Positions 39,601 to 51,600 of a stretch of DNA of 64,000 nt are shown here, one piece after another (within the stretch, counting starts at the first letter, position 1; every line of letters begins with the position of its first letter). Origin of the DNA: Mobula hypostoma (taxonomy: Eukaryota); the NCBI RefSeq assembly GCF_963921235.1, contig NC_086097.1:33668001-33732000 (forward strand), written 5' to 3'. The position numbers and the translations under genes were made by a program. The notes under the pieces are model-generated. The model had not been told where the DNA came from. It saw nothing but the letters and a program-made list of their open reading frames with translations, and did no database searches.

Positions 39601-42600
39601 GTTCTTTGCATTTCCTCGGGACAATCAAACACATAGGTGCGAGTCGTTTAATTACTCCTTCTAAAGATTCGCTTTGTTCGGGGATTAAGGGAGAGACCTT
39701 ATCAGTAGACCTGGCCAAAACAATAGCATTCTCCCATCTGTCCGATCCCATCCTAATCTTTTCAAAATGGTTTTTTCCTCTTATCAGGGGGCCCCTAGCT
39801 TCATTGATTTCCACGCTAACACCGACTAGGTTTGTTAGCATATCAAAAGCCGGTGACCGTCTCAGTTCGCGTCGGTCATGATCAATAACATTTTTCCCCC
39901 TGGGCAGCCGGTAACTCTCTTTCATGATTCCACCAACTGTTTCCTCCAGCACCGCAAAATGTCCACCGGGGAGTACCTCGTGGGCCATGTTAAAAACCTC
40001 ATCCCCATAACTCTTTTGCACCACCCCCCACTCCTCATCTGCGGATACTGTCCTTGATTTCCCTTTCTTCCTTAGCACTTCCTCAGCCGCACAATAGCTT
40101 GTCAAGGCTGTGTCAGAGAGAGCGGTCTCGGCAAAAACCATCAGCCCCTCGTCTCGCTCCTGCGTCTGCACAAATTCTTTCCTGGCTACTGCTACGTCCG
40201 TCCCAGCTCCCTCACTACCTCTTATCTCACTACACCCTGTCTCATACAAGGTTGGCAGAAATGTTTCAGCTAAATTTACCACCACAGCTAAATTCACTAC
40301 TGCAGCCCCATGATGAACCTGCGAGTCCATGGGCGGGGCCTCAATGCTGGCAGGCTGACCTGTCAATCTCACGACTGGGAACACGATTCCTCCGGCGATG
40401 TCATTACCGAGCAAGACTTCCACGTCTTTCATCGGTAATTCGGACCTCACCCCGATCGTGACTAGTCCAGAGACCAGGTTGCTCTGTAAGTGTATCTGGT
40501 GCAAAGGGACTGACTCTGTCCCTTCCCCAACACCTTTGACCTCTACCTCCCCAGTCTGGGTCTCTGAGCTAAACTCTAATACACTCTTCAGTATTAGTGA
40601 CTGACACGCTCCCGTGTCTCTCCAGATCCGCACTGGAACTGGTTTTAACCTCTCCTTCACTGACACCAGTCCGGCCGAGATAAACCTCTCGCGCCCTTCC
40701 TGGACTTTTTCAGACCTGTCCTTCCCTAGCGGTTCTCTTAACAGCTCGATACAGCCATTCAAAATTTCCGCTTTTCCTTTCCCCGTCTCCTTCCTTGGGG
40801 CAAAGCACCTGGACGCAAAGTGTCCGACTTTCCCACAATTATAACAGACGACCCCAGGAGACTTCCTACCAGACTGCTCCCGGTCTACCTTATCCTTTTC
40901 ACTAGTCCCCGGCTTACTTTCTGACTTTTCCGGCGGACTCTCCCCTCCGTCCTGACTACCCTTCTGGTAGCCTTTACTCAGGGCAAACTTCATTTTATGC
41001 GTCAACGCATACTCATCCGCTAACTTAGCAGTTGCGGCTAACGTGGCTGCCTCTTTCTCATCGAGGTAGGGTCTCATACCCTCAGGGACACAACCTTTAA
41101 ACTACTCAATCAGAATCAGCTGCAGCAGTCTGTCATAATCCCCCTCTACCCCTTTCGAGGCGCACCAACGCTCACAATATGTTTGCATCTCACGGGCAAA
41201 CTCCAAATACGTGCGGTCCCGCTGCTTCCTCGCATTCTGGAACCTCTGCCGGTATGCCTCCGGGACCAACTCATAAATCCTGAGGATGGCCTCTTTCACC
41301 ACCTCATACCTCTGGGCATCTTCCGCGGATAAAGCTGAGTAAGCTTCTTGGGCCTTCCCTTTCAGTACACTCTGAAGTAAAACAACCCACTTATCCCTCG
41401 GCCAGTCCTGACTTATAGCCACTTTTTCGAAGTGGAGGAAGTACCGATCCACGTCGGTATCATCAAATGGGGGAACCAGCCTAACCTCCTGGGTCGCCCG
41501 GAACCCTCCACCTTGGTTCAGCACGAGCCCCTGCTCGGCCCTTATCCTTAACTTTTCCAGCTCAAATTCCCTTTCCCTCTGTTTCTCCTCTCTCTCCAAC
41601 TGTCTGTCCCTCTCTTTCTCCTCTCTCTCCAACTGTCTTTCTCTCTCTTGCCTTTCTAACTCTCTCTCTTCGTGTTCTAGCTGCCGTACCCGGAACTCGT
41701 GCTCGAGTCTCAGTTTTTCAAGCTGCACCTGTACCGCGTCTCCAGCAGGTTTTTCAATAGACACCACCCCCAGCTCACCTTGGGGAAACACACCTTTAGA
41801 TACATAGTGCTCTACAATAGCTCTGTGTATCTCCTCTCTCCTCATTGTCGACTTCACCTTAGCAAGATTCAACCGTTTTGCCACAGCTATCAATTCCGAT
41901 TTCCTGGCATCCTCTAATGCCTCCAAGGTCGGCGCCTTTATAAATTCCTCAACCTCCATTTCTGCTGTTTGTCTTTTCTTTCTTTCGGGAATTTTAACCC
42001 AATCAATTTACTCCGTCCCAAATTTAGCGTTCAAAATCGCGGACGAGAACCCCACTTATGTTACGTACCCCGTAACTGGGTTGCCAAACCAGCAGAAATG
42101 GATCACTCAGTTGGAGTCTGGAGTACTAGAACTAAGAAAGTTTTATTAAAGAAACGAGCAACACAGTAATCGAAAGGATAATAAATGCAACAGTTCAGCG
42201 ATGATAAACGCACATGTGCACAGAATTAAGATAACAGCATCAATCAAGCTCTATCGTTGTCTAGGGGTAAATGACCAATTTCAAAATGACTCAAAGTTCA
42301 ATCCAGTTAGTAGTTCAGTTCGCAGTAATCGTTGCCATGGCGATGGACAAGGTGGGGGAAGAGAGACAGAATAGGAACAACTGATCATTCAGAACACTGC
42401 TTCACTTACAGACCAGCGATATGGCTCACAAACAGCTTTTGGGCGGGTCCTTGGTGATGTCACCTGAGGTCACCGACTGTGACCCCTCCTCCAGATGCGG
42501 TCGATCCTCTGCAGTGAACCCGGCACCCAGGCAAGGGCGGACACACACCGGGTTCCCGCTGATCGTACCTTTCCACCCTTGTCGTTGTCTGGTACTTCTC

Positions 42601-45600
42601 ACCCACTCATGAGAGGCGCACCGCTTCCAGGGTCTCGTTACCTCGGGTGGCGTGTGTGCTGCCTTAGCGAACCTGTCCCTTTTTATCCCCCTGCTGGGGT
42701 ATCGCCTGTCCATCACTTCAAACAGTTCAGGGTTCAAAGGGGGGAGCCGCTCCAGACAGCTCTCCCTCCCACATCCCTTCATTACACATCTCCAGACGCT
42801 GCTCCATTGTTCCTTATCTCTCCTTCCCCTGAGGGCAGGTAGCAGACCAACTGCTGATGCCACTGATGCTAGCCCAGGCCAGCAAACATCTTAATTTTAT
42901 GTGTATTCTCGTAACAATTCAAACTGTTGAATCTGTTACCTACAGTATAAAACTTTAAATATATTCCCGCCCATTGCCATCCATTATTTTGTTTTACTTA
43001 TGGTGACCCAACCTCCACAGCTCCTGTGTAGCAGTAGCTTGATCTTCAGTTCTGCTTTGCCAATGAACTGTATTGTATACCATCCAATGCTTAATAAGGC
43101 ATTAGACTCAATTCTCTAAAAATTCTACCTTCTGACCATCAAGCTTCATTTTATTTTATTGGAATTTGAATTTTGCTCTATCCCAATGTAACCCTCAGGC
43201 TTGCCCGGCTCAATAGGAAACAGCCTTTGGCCCCGCCAAACTGGAAAATCACGTTTGTGTGGATGCTGTGTAACGTACCGCCCAGTTACAAACTCACAAC
43301 ACAAAATATCAGACAGTACACCATATGCAATTAAATGATTGAACTTTGTGAATCTTAATCTGAATATAGGGTTAGTAATGAAAATAAAAAAGGGCCCAAT
43401 TCAAGGAAAAGTCAAAAGTTCACGTTGGAGCTCACTCAGTCGTCATTCTTCCACCATCGATCTCCTCCGAGCGTTGCCGACCTTCGGACCCTCAGATCCC
43501 AGTACACTCCGTCCGGCGGTCTACCAGCTCTCTCCACACGTGTCTTCCCTCTTCATCTCTCCTCGACAAAGACCGCGAAAAAACATCCTTCCAGATTCAC
43601 AAGACAAAGCAACAATCTCCGATTGGCTAACATGCATACCAGAGTCCTGTTATCTCCAGCTATAACCCAAACATTGCTGCTACGGAGAAACCGTTACCTC
43701 AGCAGTGAACATTACAGAGGAGCCATTACATTGGCAGTGAATCCTTACAGCGTGTTACACAGAGAATTTGCTTGTCTTGATGTCCTGTTTTATAATTCTG
43801 CAACATGGTGCTTTTTATTTCTGTTTTTAATATACTTAATATTGTCTTTTTCCAGTCCTGCAGTTCCCTCAAAACTGTGACTTCAAATTTCCCTCAAGTT
43901 TGTGTGCTAGACTAATATTTAGTGACTGTTTCTTCCCTGTCAAGTACTATGGCTGTATTCTACAGAAGTTGTATAAATGGTGCTGATAAAAGTGAGATAA
44001 CTCAAACTTTAGCCATAATTAATTTGTTTAACAGTGTCAACTTGCACTTGTCTTGGCACTAAAACTAATGTGCACAGCTCATGTAAAATGTCCCATCAAT
44101 GTTTGTCAAAAATAAAGAAACTTGACAGTTTAAATTTGATCACTACTCCCTAGTCTATTGAACTCTACTACTTATAATTACAGTGTTTGCCACTACTGCT
44201 GCCAATCCAGAGGAGTCCTCTTACGCTTGTTATTATGATGAACTTAGAAACACCTACTTGGGTGATGTATACAGTGTTGTGTGGATGGAAGACTCTGATG
44301 CGGTATGTAGAAAAACTTAAATATTACCATATTATTTGTTTATAGTTGATTTAATTCCTTGTAATGTTCGTCTTTCACTTAGCAGCATTAATAATTGGGA
44401 TCTAACCCATATGTCATAGTTGTAGAATAACACAGCATGCAAAGATCCAGCCTCTGACCCAGACTGTTCATGCCAAACAAGATCCCTGTCTAAGCTAGAT
44501 CCACTTGTCTGCATTTGGGCCATATTCCCCTAAACGTGTGCATGTATCTGTCAAAATGTCTTTTGATCGTTATGGTACATGCCTTACCCACTTCCTACAG
44601 TAGCTCATTCCATATGCACACTGTCCTCTGCATGAAGAAGTTACCCCTTAGGTCCCTTTTAAATCTTTTCCCTCTTACCTTAAACCTATGCTTTTTAATA
44701 TTTGATCCCCTTTCAATGAGGAAAAAGACTGGGTGCATTTATCATACCTATACTTCTTTAAGGCCAACCCTAGTCTTCTAACCTGCCCAGCCTCTCCCTA
44801 TAACTCGGGCCCTCAGCTACTGGCAACATTTGCGTCAATCTTTTATTTATATTTTTGTAAATCTCATTGTCAGGATTTTGGAATAAACACTGATTTGCTG
44901 AAATAGAACTAACATGGTGATGTCTGAAAATGTAGGTATTAAATAACTCCAATTATCAATATTTCATAGAACAGTGGTCGGTGTAAATAACGGAAATGAA
45001 TTTTGTCTTGATATGAAAACTGAAGCTGCAGTGATTCACTGTCTCATGAAAGGTCTTGTTCTGAAGACATTCTAGGGGTTAATTAGAAGATCCATTATAA
45101 GTGAGAAAACTTGAGGTGCAAGAATGAAAAGTTATTTAGCACTCCAAAATATTTAAATTAATAAGTTGCCATTCATTAAAATGTAACTGGTTGCTCTTTC
45201 TTGCACTGTATGCTCTTATACCTGTAAGTTTTTGGGATCCTGTTAGATCAGTGGTCCCCAATCACTGGACTGCGGACTGCTACCAGGCTGCAAAGCAGGG
45301 GGATGGGAGCCAGAGTGCCAGAGCTGACAGTGTGGCTGGGGTAAAAATAAATGATGTTGAAAGTTCAAGCAAATCCGCTGATAGAAAGGTTGTGAGTGGT
45401 GGTAAAAATCTTCTGAGGTGCATATATTTCAATGCTAGGAGTATTGCGGGGAAGGCGGATGAGTTGAGGGCGTGGATTGACACGTGGAATTATGACGTTG
45501 TAGCAATCAGTGAAACTTGGCTACAGGAGGGGCAGGACTGGCAGCTTAATATTCCAGGATTCCGATGTTTCAGATGTGATCGAGGCAGAGGAATGAAAGG

Positions 45601-48600
45601 TGGGGGAGTAGCATTGCTTGTTAGGGAGAATATTACAGCAGTGCTCAGGCAGGACAGATTAGAGGGCTTGTCTACTGAGTCCTTATAGGTGGAACTGAGA
45701 AACAGGAAAGGTATGGCCACATTAGTGGGATTGTATTACAGACCACCCAATAGTCAAAGAGACTTGGAAGAGCAAATCTGCAGAGAGATAGCGGGCAACT
45801 GCAGGAAACATAAAGTTGTGGTGGTAGGGGATTTTAATTTTCCATACATTGATTGGGACTCCCATACTGTTAGGGGTCTAGATGGTTTAGAGTTTGTAAA
45901 ATGTGTTCAGGAAAGTTTTCTAAATCAATATATAGAGGGACCAACTAGAGGGGATGCAATATTGGATCTCCTGTTAGGAAACGAGTTAGGACAAGTGACG
46001 GAAGTCTGTGTAGGGGAGCACTTTGGTTCCAGTGATCATAACACTATTAGTTTCAATTTGATCATGGACAAGGATAGATCTGGTCCTAGGGTTGAGGTTC
46101 TTAACTGGAAGAAGGCCAAATTTGAAGAAATGAGAAAGGATCTGAAAAGCGTGGATTGGGACAGGTTGTTCTCTGGCAAAGATGTGATTGGTAGGTGGGA
46201 AGCCTTCAAAGGGGAAATTTTGAGAGTGCAGAGTTTGTATGTTCCTGTCAGGATTAAAGGCAAATTGAACAGGAATAAGGAACCTTGGTTCTCAAGGGAT
46301 ATTGCAACTCTGATAAAGAAGAAGCGGGAGTTGTATGAAATGTATAGGAAACAGGGAGTAAATCAGGTGCTTGAGGAGTATAAGAAGTGCAAGAAAATAC
46401 TTAAGAAAGTAATCAGGAGGGCTAAAAGAAGACATGAGGTTGCCTTGGCAGTCAAAGTGAAGGATAATCCAAAGAGCTTTTACAGGTATATTAAGAGCAA
46501 AAGGATTGTAAGGGATAAAATTGGTCCTCTTGAAGATCAGAGTGGTCAGCTATGTGCGGAACCAAAGGAAATGGGGGAGATCTTAAATAGGTTTTTTGCG
46601 TCTGTATTTACTAAGGAAACTGGCATGAAGTCTATGGAATTGAGGGAAACAAGTAGTGAGATCATGGAAACTGTACAGATTGAAAAGGAGGAGGTCCTTG
46701 CTGTCTTGAGGAAAATTAAAGTGGATAAATCCCCGGGACCTGACAGAGTGTTCCCTCGGACCTTGAAGGAGACTGGTGTTGAAATTGCGGGGGCCCTGGC
46801 AGAAATATTTAAAATGTCGCTGTTTACGGGTGAGGTGCTGGAGGATTGGAGAGTGGCTCATGTTGTTCCGTTGTTTAAAAAAGGATCGAAAAGTAATCCG
46901 GGAAATTATAGGCCGGTGAGTTTAACGTTGGTAGTGGGTAAGTTATTGGAGGGAATACTAAGAGACAGAATCTACAAACATTTGGATAGATAGGGACTTA
47001 TTGGGGAGAGTCAACATGGCTTTGTGCATGGTAGGTCATGTTTGACCAATCTATTGGAGTTTTTCGAGGAGGTTACCAGGAAAGTGGATGAAGGGAAGGC
47101 AGTGGATATTGTCTACATGGATTTCAGTAAGGCCTTTGATAAGGTCCCGCATGGGAGGTTAGTTAGGAAAATTCAGTCGCTAGGTATACATGGAGAGGTG
47201 GTAAATTGGATTAGACATTGGCTCAATGGAAGAAGCCAAAGAGTGGTGGTAGAGAATTGCTTCTCTGAGTGGAGGCCTGTGACTAGTGGTGTGCCACAGG
47301 GATCAGTGCTGGGTCCATTGTTATTTGTCATCTATATCAATGATCTGGATGATAATGTGGTAAATTGGATCAGCAAATTTGCTGATGATACAAAGATTGG
47401 AGGTATAGTAGACAGTGAGGAAGGTTTTCAGAGCCTGCAGTGGGATGTGGACCAGCTGGAAAAATGGGCGGAAAAATGGCAGATGGAGTTTAATACAGAC
47501 AAGTGTGAGGTATTGCATGTTGGAAGGACAAACCAAGGTAGAACATACAGGATTAATGGTAAGGCACTGAGGAGTGCAGTAGAACAGAGGGATCTGGGAA
47601 TACAGATACAAAATTCCCTAAAAGTGGTGTCACAATTAGTTAGGGTCGTAAAGAGAGCTTTTGGTACACTGGCCTTTTATACTCAATACTTTGATTAATA
47701 GAGCTGGAATGTTATGATGAGGTTGTATAAGGCATTGGTGAGGCCGAATCTGGAGTATTGTGTTCAGTTTTGGTCACCAAATTACAGGAAGGATATAAAT
47801 AAGGTTGAAAGAGTGCAGAGAAGGTTTACAAGGATGTTGCCGGGACTTGAGAAACTCAGTTACAGAGAAAGGTTGAATAGGTTAGGACTTTATTCCCTGG
47901 AGCGTAGAAGAATGAGGAGAGATTTGATAGAGGTATATAAAATTATGATGGGTATAGATAGAGTGAATGCAAGCAGGCTTTTTCCACTGAGGCAAGGGGA
48001 GAAAAAAACCAAAGGACATGGGTTAAGGGTGAGGGGGGAGAAGTTTAAAGGGAACATTGAGGGTGGAGGGCTTCTTCACACAGAGAGTAGTGGGAGTATG
48101 GAATGAGCTGCCAGATGAGGTGGTAAATGCGAGTTCTTTTTTAACTTTTAAGAATGAATTGGACAGATACATGGATGGGAGGTGTATGGAGGGATATGGT
48201 CCGTGTGCAGGTCAGTGGGACTAGGCAGAAGATGGTTCGGCACAGCCAAGAAGGGCCAAAAGGCCTGTTTCTGTGCTGTAGTTTCTATGGTCCTATGTGC
48301 TACTGGTCCGCAAGGAAACGATATTATTTGGTGGTATGAAGCGATATGAGTCAACTGCACCTTTCCTCATTTCCTGTCACGTCCACTGTTGAACGTACAC
48401 GAGGTCATTATGCACGCGAGGTCATCAGTCGGTATGAGTTAAAAGCAAACGTTGCTTGAAAGTTTCTTTGGAAGAGGTGGAAAAGGACATAAAAGGCCTA
48501 ACGATGGTGATAACACAGAGACAGCTCAGGCAGAGACTGTGGGGAAAAAAAAGAAAGCTTCCTTCAACAGAAAATACGACGAGTCGTACATAAAATATAG

Positions 48601-51600
48601 CTTTATTGCGACCGGTGACTCACGTGCTCCAAGCCCCCTGTGTGTTATATGTGGAGACAAGCTGTCTAATGAGGCAATGAAGCCCTCAAAACTGCTTTGG
48701 CACCTTGAGTCCAAGCACCCTACACTTAAAGACAAACCTGGTGAGTTTTTTGAGAGGAAAAAACGTGAGCAAGCGGGACAGAAGCAAGTGCTGAGAGCCA
48801 CCAGCTCCACAAATGCTGCTGCTCTGAGAGCGTCATACTTAGTGGCTATCTGTGTGACATCTTCAACCTGCTCAATGAACTCAGTTTGTCACTTCAGGGG
48901 AGAATGACAACTGTCTTCAGGTTGGCAGATAAAGTGTCTGCTTTCAAAGCCAAACTGGAACTGTGGGAACGGTGAGTGGACAGGGGCATATTTGACTTGT
49001 TCCCAACATTAGCTGGGATTTTGAAAGAGACTGAGGCTGCACTGTCTTTCTCACAGCTGGTGCGCGATCACCTATCTTTGCTGTCGACAAAATTTGAGCA
49101 TTACTTCCCAACCTCAAATGACCCAAGATGTGCAAAAGAATGGGTCCGTGACCCACTTGTGAATGTCCCTGGTGAATCATCCATGTCAGCGCGTGAAGAA
49201 GATCAACTCCTCGAGCGTGCAAATGACGGCAGGCTGAAAAGTATGTTTGTCATAACATCTCTGCCGGCATTCTGGAATATCCTGAGATAGCCACAAAAGC
49301 ACAGAAAACGTTGCTTCCATTTCCAACAGCATATCTCTGCGAAGCAGGATTTTCTGCAATGAATGCAACAAAAACTGAATTGAGGAATAGACTGGACATA
49401 AGGAACCCCCTTCGAGTATCGCTGTCTCCCATCACCCCTCAATGGGACTGTCTTGTTGCAGGAAAACAAGCCCAGGGCTCCCACTGATTCAGCGGTATTG
49501 GTGTGTTGCAATGATTTTATATGTTCATACGAGGCAAATATGCGCTGTGTGTTTAATATCCAAACGTTACTTAAAATGTTATGATGCTATTGACTTATAA
49601 GTGACTTATAATTGACTTATCACTATACAATATTCATGAGAGGAAAATATGCACTGTGTGTTTAATATTAAATTCGTTAGATAAACCCTTTTAGAAATGT
49701 AATTGAGTATTATTAGCCATTTATAAATGATTTATAGTTTTACCTATATTCCGGTCGTGATTAACACCCCACCCGTCGGCCGGTCCATAAGAATATTGTC
49801 AATATTAACCCGGTCCGCTGTGCAAAAAAGGTTGGGGACCCCTGTGTTAGATGCCAGAATTTGGCCACCAATCACAATGAAGACTGATCAGCTGCCATAC
49901 AGTATATTTGTTTGCAGAGCTGGTACTGTAGGATTTCCATTCACATTTCCTTCATTTTTCAGGAGGACCTGAGGAAAGAAACATTGCATTATCAGTTCAA
50001 ACTTGTAAAGAAGAGGACCAACACGAGCCATGTGCAAGAGTATGGAAACATGGTAAGGATTTCACTTGTGGTCCATACCGTTAGCATTTTTCTGTCTCTC
50101 TTGGAAAAGGTGGCTAGAGAAGATGAGCCTGTTGCTTTTCATCTGGTTACTTGGTTTTTAAAAAAAAAATTATAATTTTCTTTTACTTGTCCCTTCTGCC
50201 CCTCTCCACCATTTCCCTTCCATTTTCCTTCTTTTTGGTCAGCAGCTATGTTGTTACTGGAGTTTCTCTTTGTGCATCGGGCAGCAATGGCTGTTTCCTT
50301 GGTGTTTGTCTGTTTTTTTATGAGGCCAAGTTGCGAGCTCGAGGCTCAAACCAGCACGGATGGAAAGCGAGCTGGCCGGATTCGAACCTGCAATCACATG
50401 CCTCAGAGTCCGGTGCGGATGCCGGCTTGCGTTCTTATTGCGCATCTAAAAACAATGCTGTGATGATTCCACACACACACAGCTTTCTAGATGATGAGAT
50501 TAATGTAATGTCAAATGAAATGGATTCTTAATGATCAGCATGGACCCAGTGGGCTGAAAAGCCCGTTTTTAGGCAGGTGACTCTGTTTCAGTCCTCCTTT
50601 TATTAATCTGCCTTCCACTTCCAATGTAGAACTTTAAAACATTCCATTTTTTTCTGAGGCTAAGTATGTAATTTCTATAAGAGGACTATGTTGGGCCAAC
50701 CCAACCATTGGATCTCCATTTGTAATTATTTGGCATCCCCTTCCAAAGCGGAAGCATTACTGAAATCCTCAATATTCACCTTATTAAAGGGCAAGGTTAT
50801 TTCTAATCCAACTGAGGAATACAACTTGAATGTGCCAGGTTGTAAAATTTGTTTTTAAAAAGCTCTATAGAAATCTTGCTCTTATTTTCTCTCACCTTGT
50901 ACTTTGTGCAAGGGGCAGTCTACTGCATTTAATCAGGATGTACAACTAATCACCATTTTTTAAAATTGAGAAATAAATTACAGACATTACCAGTTTCCCT
51001 TATTTTTCTTTGGTGTCACGTATTTCTTTAGAGGCAGACAGATCTGAAAAGGTTGAGCAATTAGACCTAGTTCAGGCAGCCTAGATCTTCAGCTTAGATA
51101 ATATATGTGTTATGTTCTTTGTCAGGAAGGGTAGCTGAGTATGTAATTTCTGTAAAATGTTTTGAAGAGGACTATGTTGGGCCAACCCAGCCATTGGATT
51201 TCCATTCCCAATTACTTGGCATTCCTTTCCAAAGCAGAAGTATTACTGAAATCCTCAGTGTTCACTTCATTAAGCTATCCCCAGCCATTTCAGACATAGT
51301 AGCTTGGTGGTTTCACCATTCTCCACAAAGGCAGGACAGGCCAGTCTTTTAAAGGCAGAGGAGGTGAAGTATGCTTTATGATTAACCCATCGTGCTACAC
51401 AAAATATTGCAGTTCTACCTCAGTCCTGCTCACCTGATCTGGAACACCTAGCGATTAAATGTCGTCCATTTTATCAGCCGAGAGAGTTTTCCGCCATCAT
51501 CCCGGTAGCAGTGTGCTTTCCACCTCAGGCCAATGTCAACACAAAATAATCAGCAGATGCTGGGGTCAAAGCAACACTCACAACATGCTGGAGGAACTCA

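Larger units (their letters stand above)
38053..42916 (-). mobile_element. Ty3/Gypsy (Gmr1-like) LTR retrotransposon with both LTRs, pol-deleted and non-autonomous
   Basis: 858-bp LTRs (38053-38910, 42059-42916) with TG...CA ends; TSD ATTC at 38049-38052 and 42917-42920; tRNA-Pro-like PBS 42036-42054; PPT 38911-38922; Gag, CCHC knuckle and protease. Confidence 0.95.

Noticed and set aside
38415..42894. Duplicated ORFs (145, 115, 80 and 63 aa) at 38415-38888 and 42421-42894
   Set aside because: They lie inside the two LTRs and have no recognisable domain; the duplication is the LTR duplication.
45191..45688. 165-aa ORF with hydrophobic N-terminus
   Set aside because: Chimera of intron, hAT left end and CR1 endonuclease start.
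48452..48907. Domesticated ZBED/SCAND3-like host gene
   Set aside because: Lies between TIRs with a TSD, lacks the catalytic core and has stops; a transposon relic.
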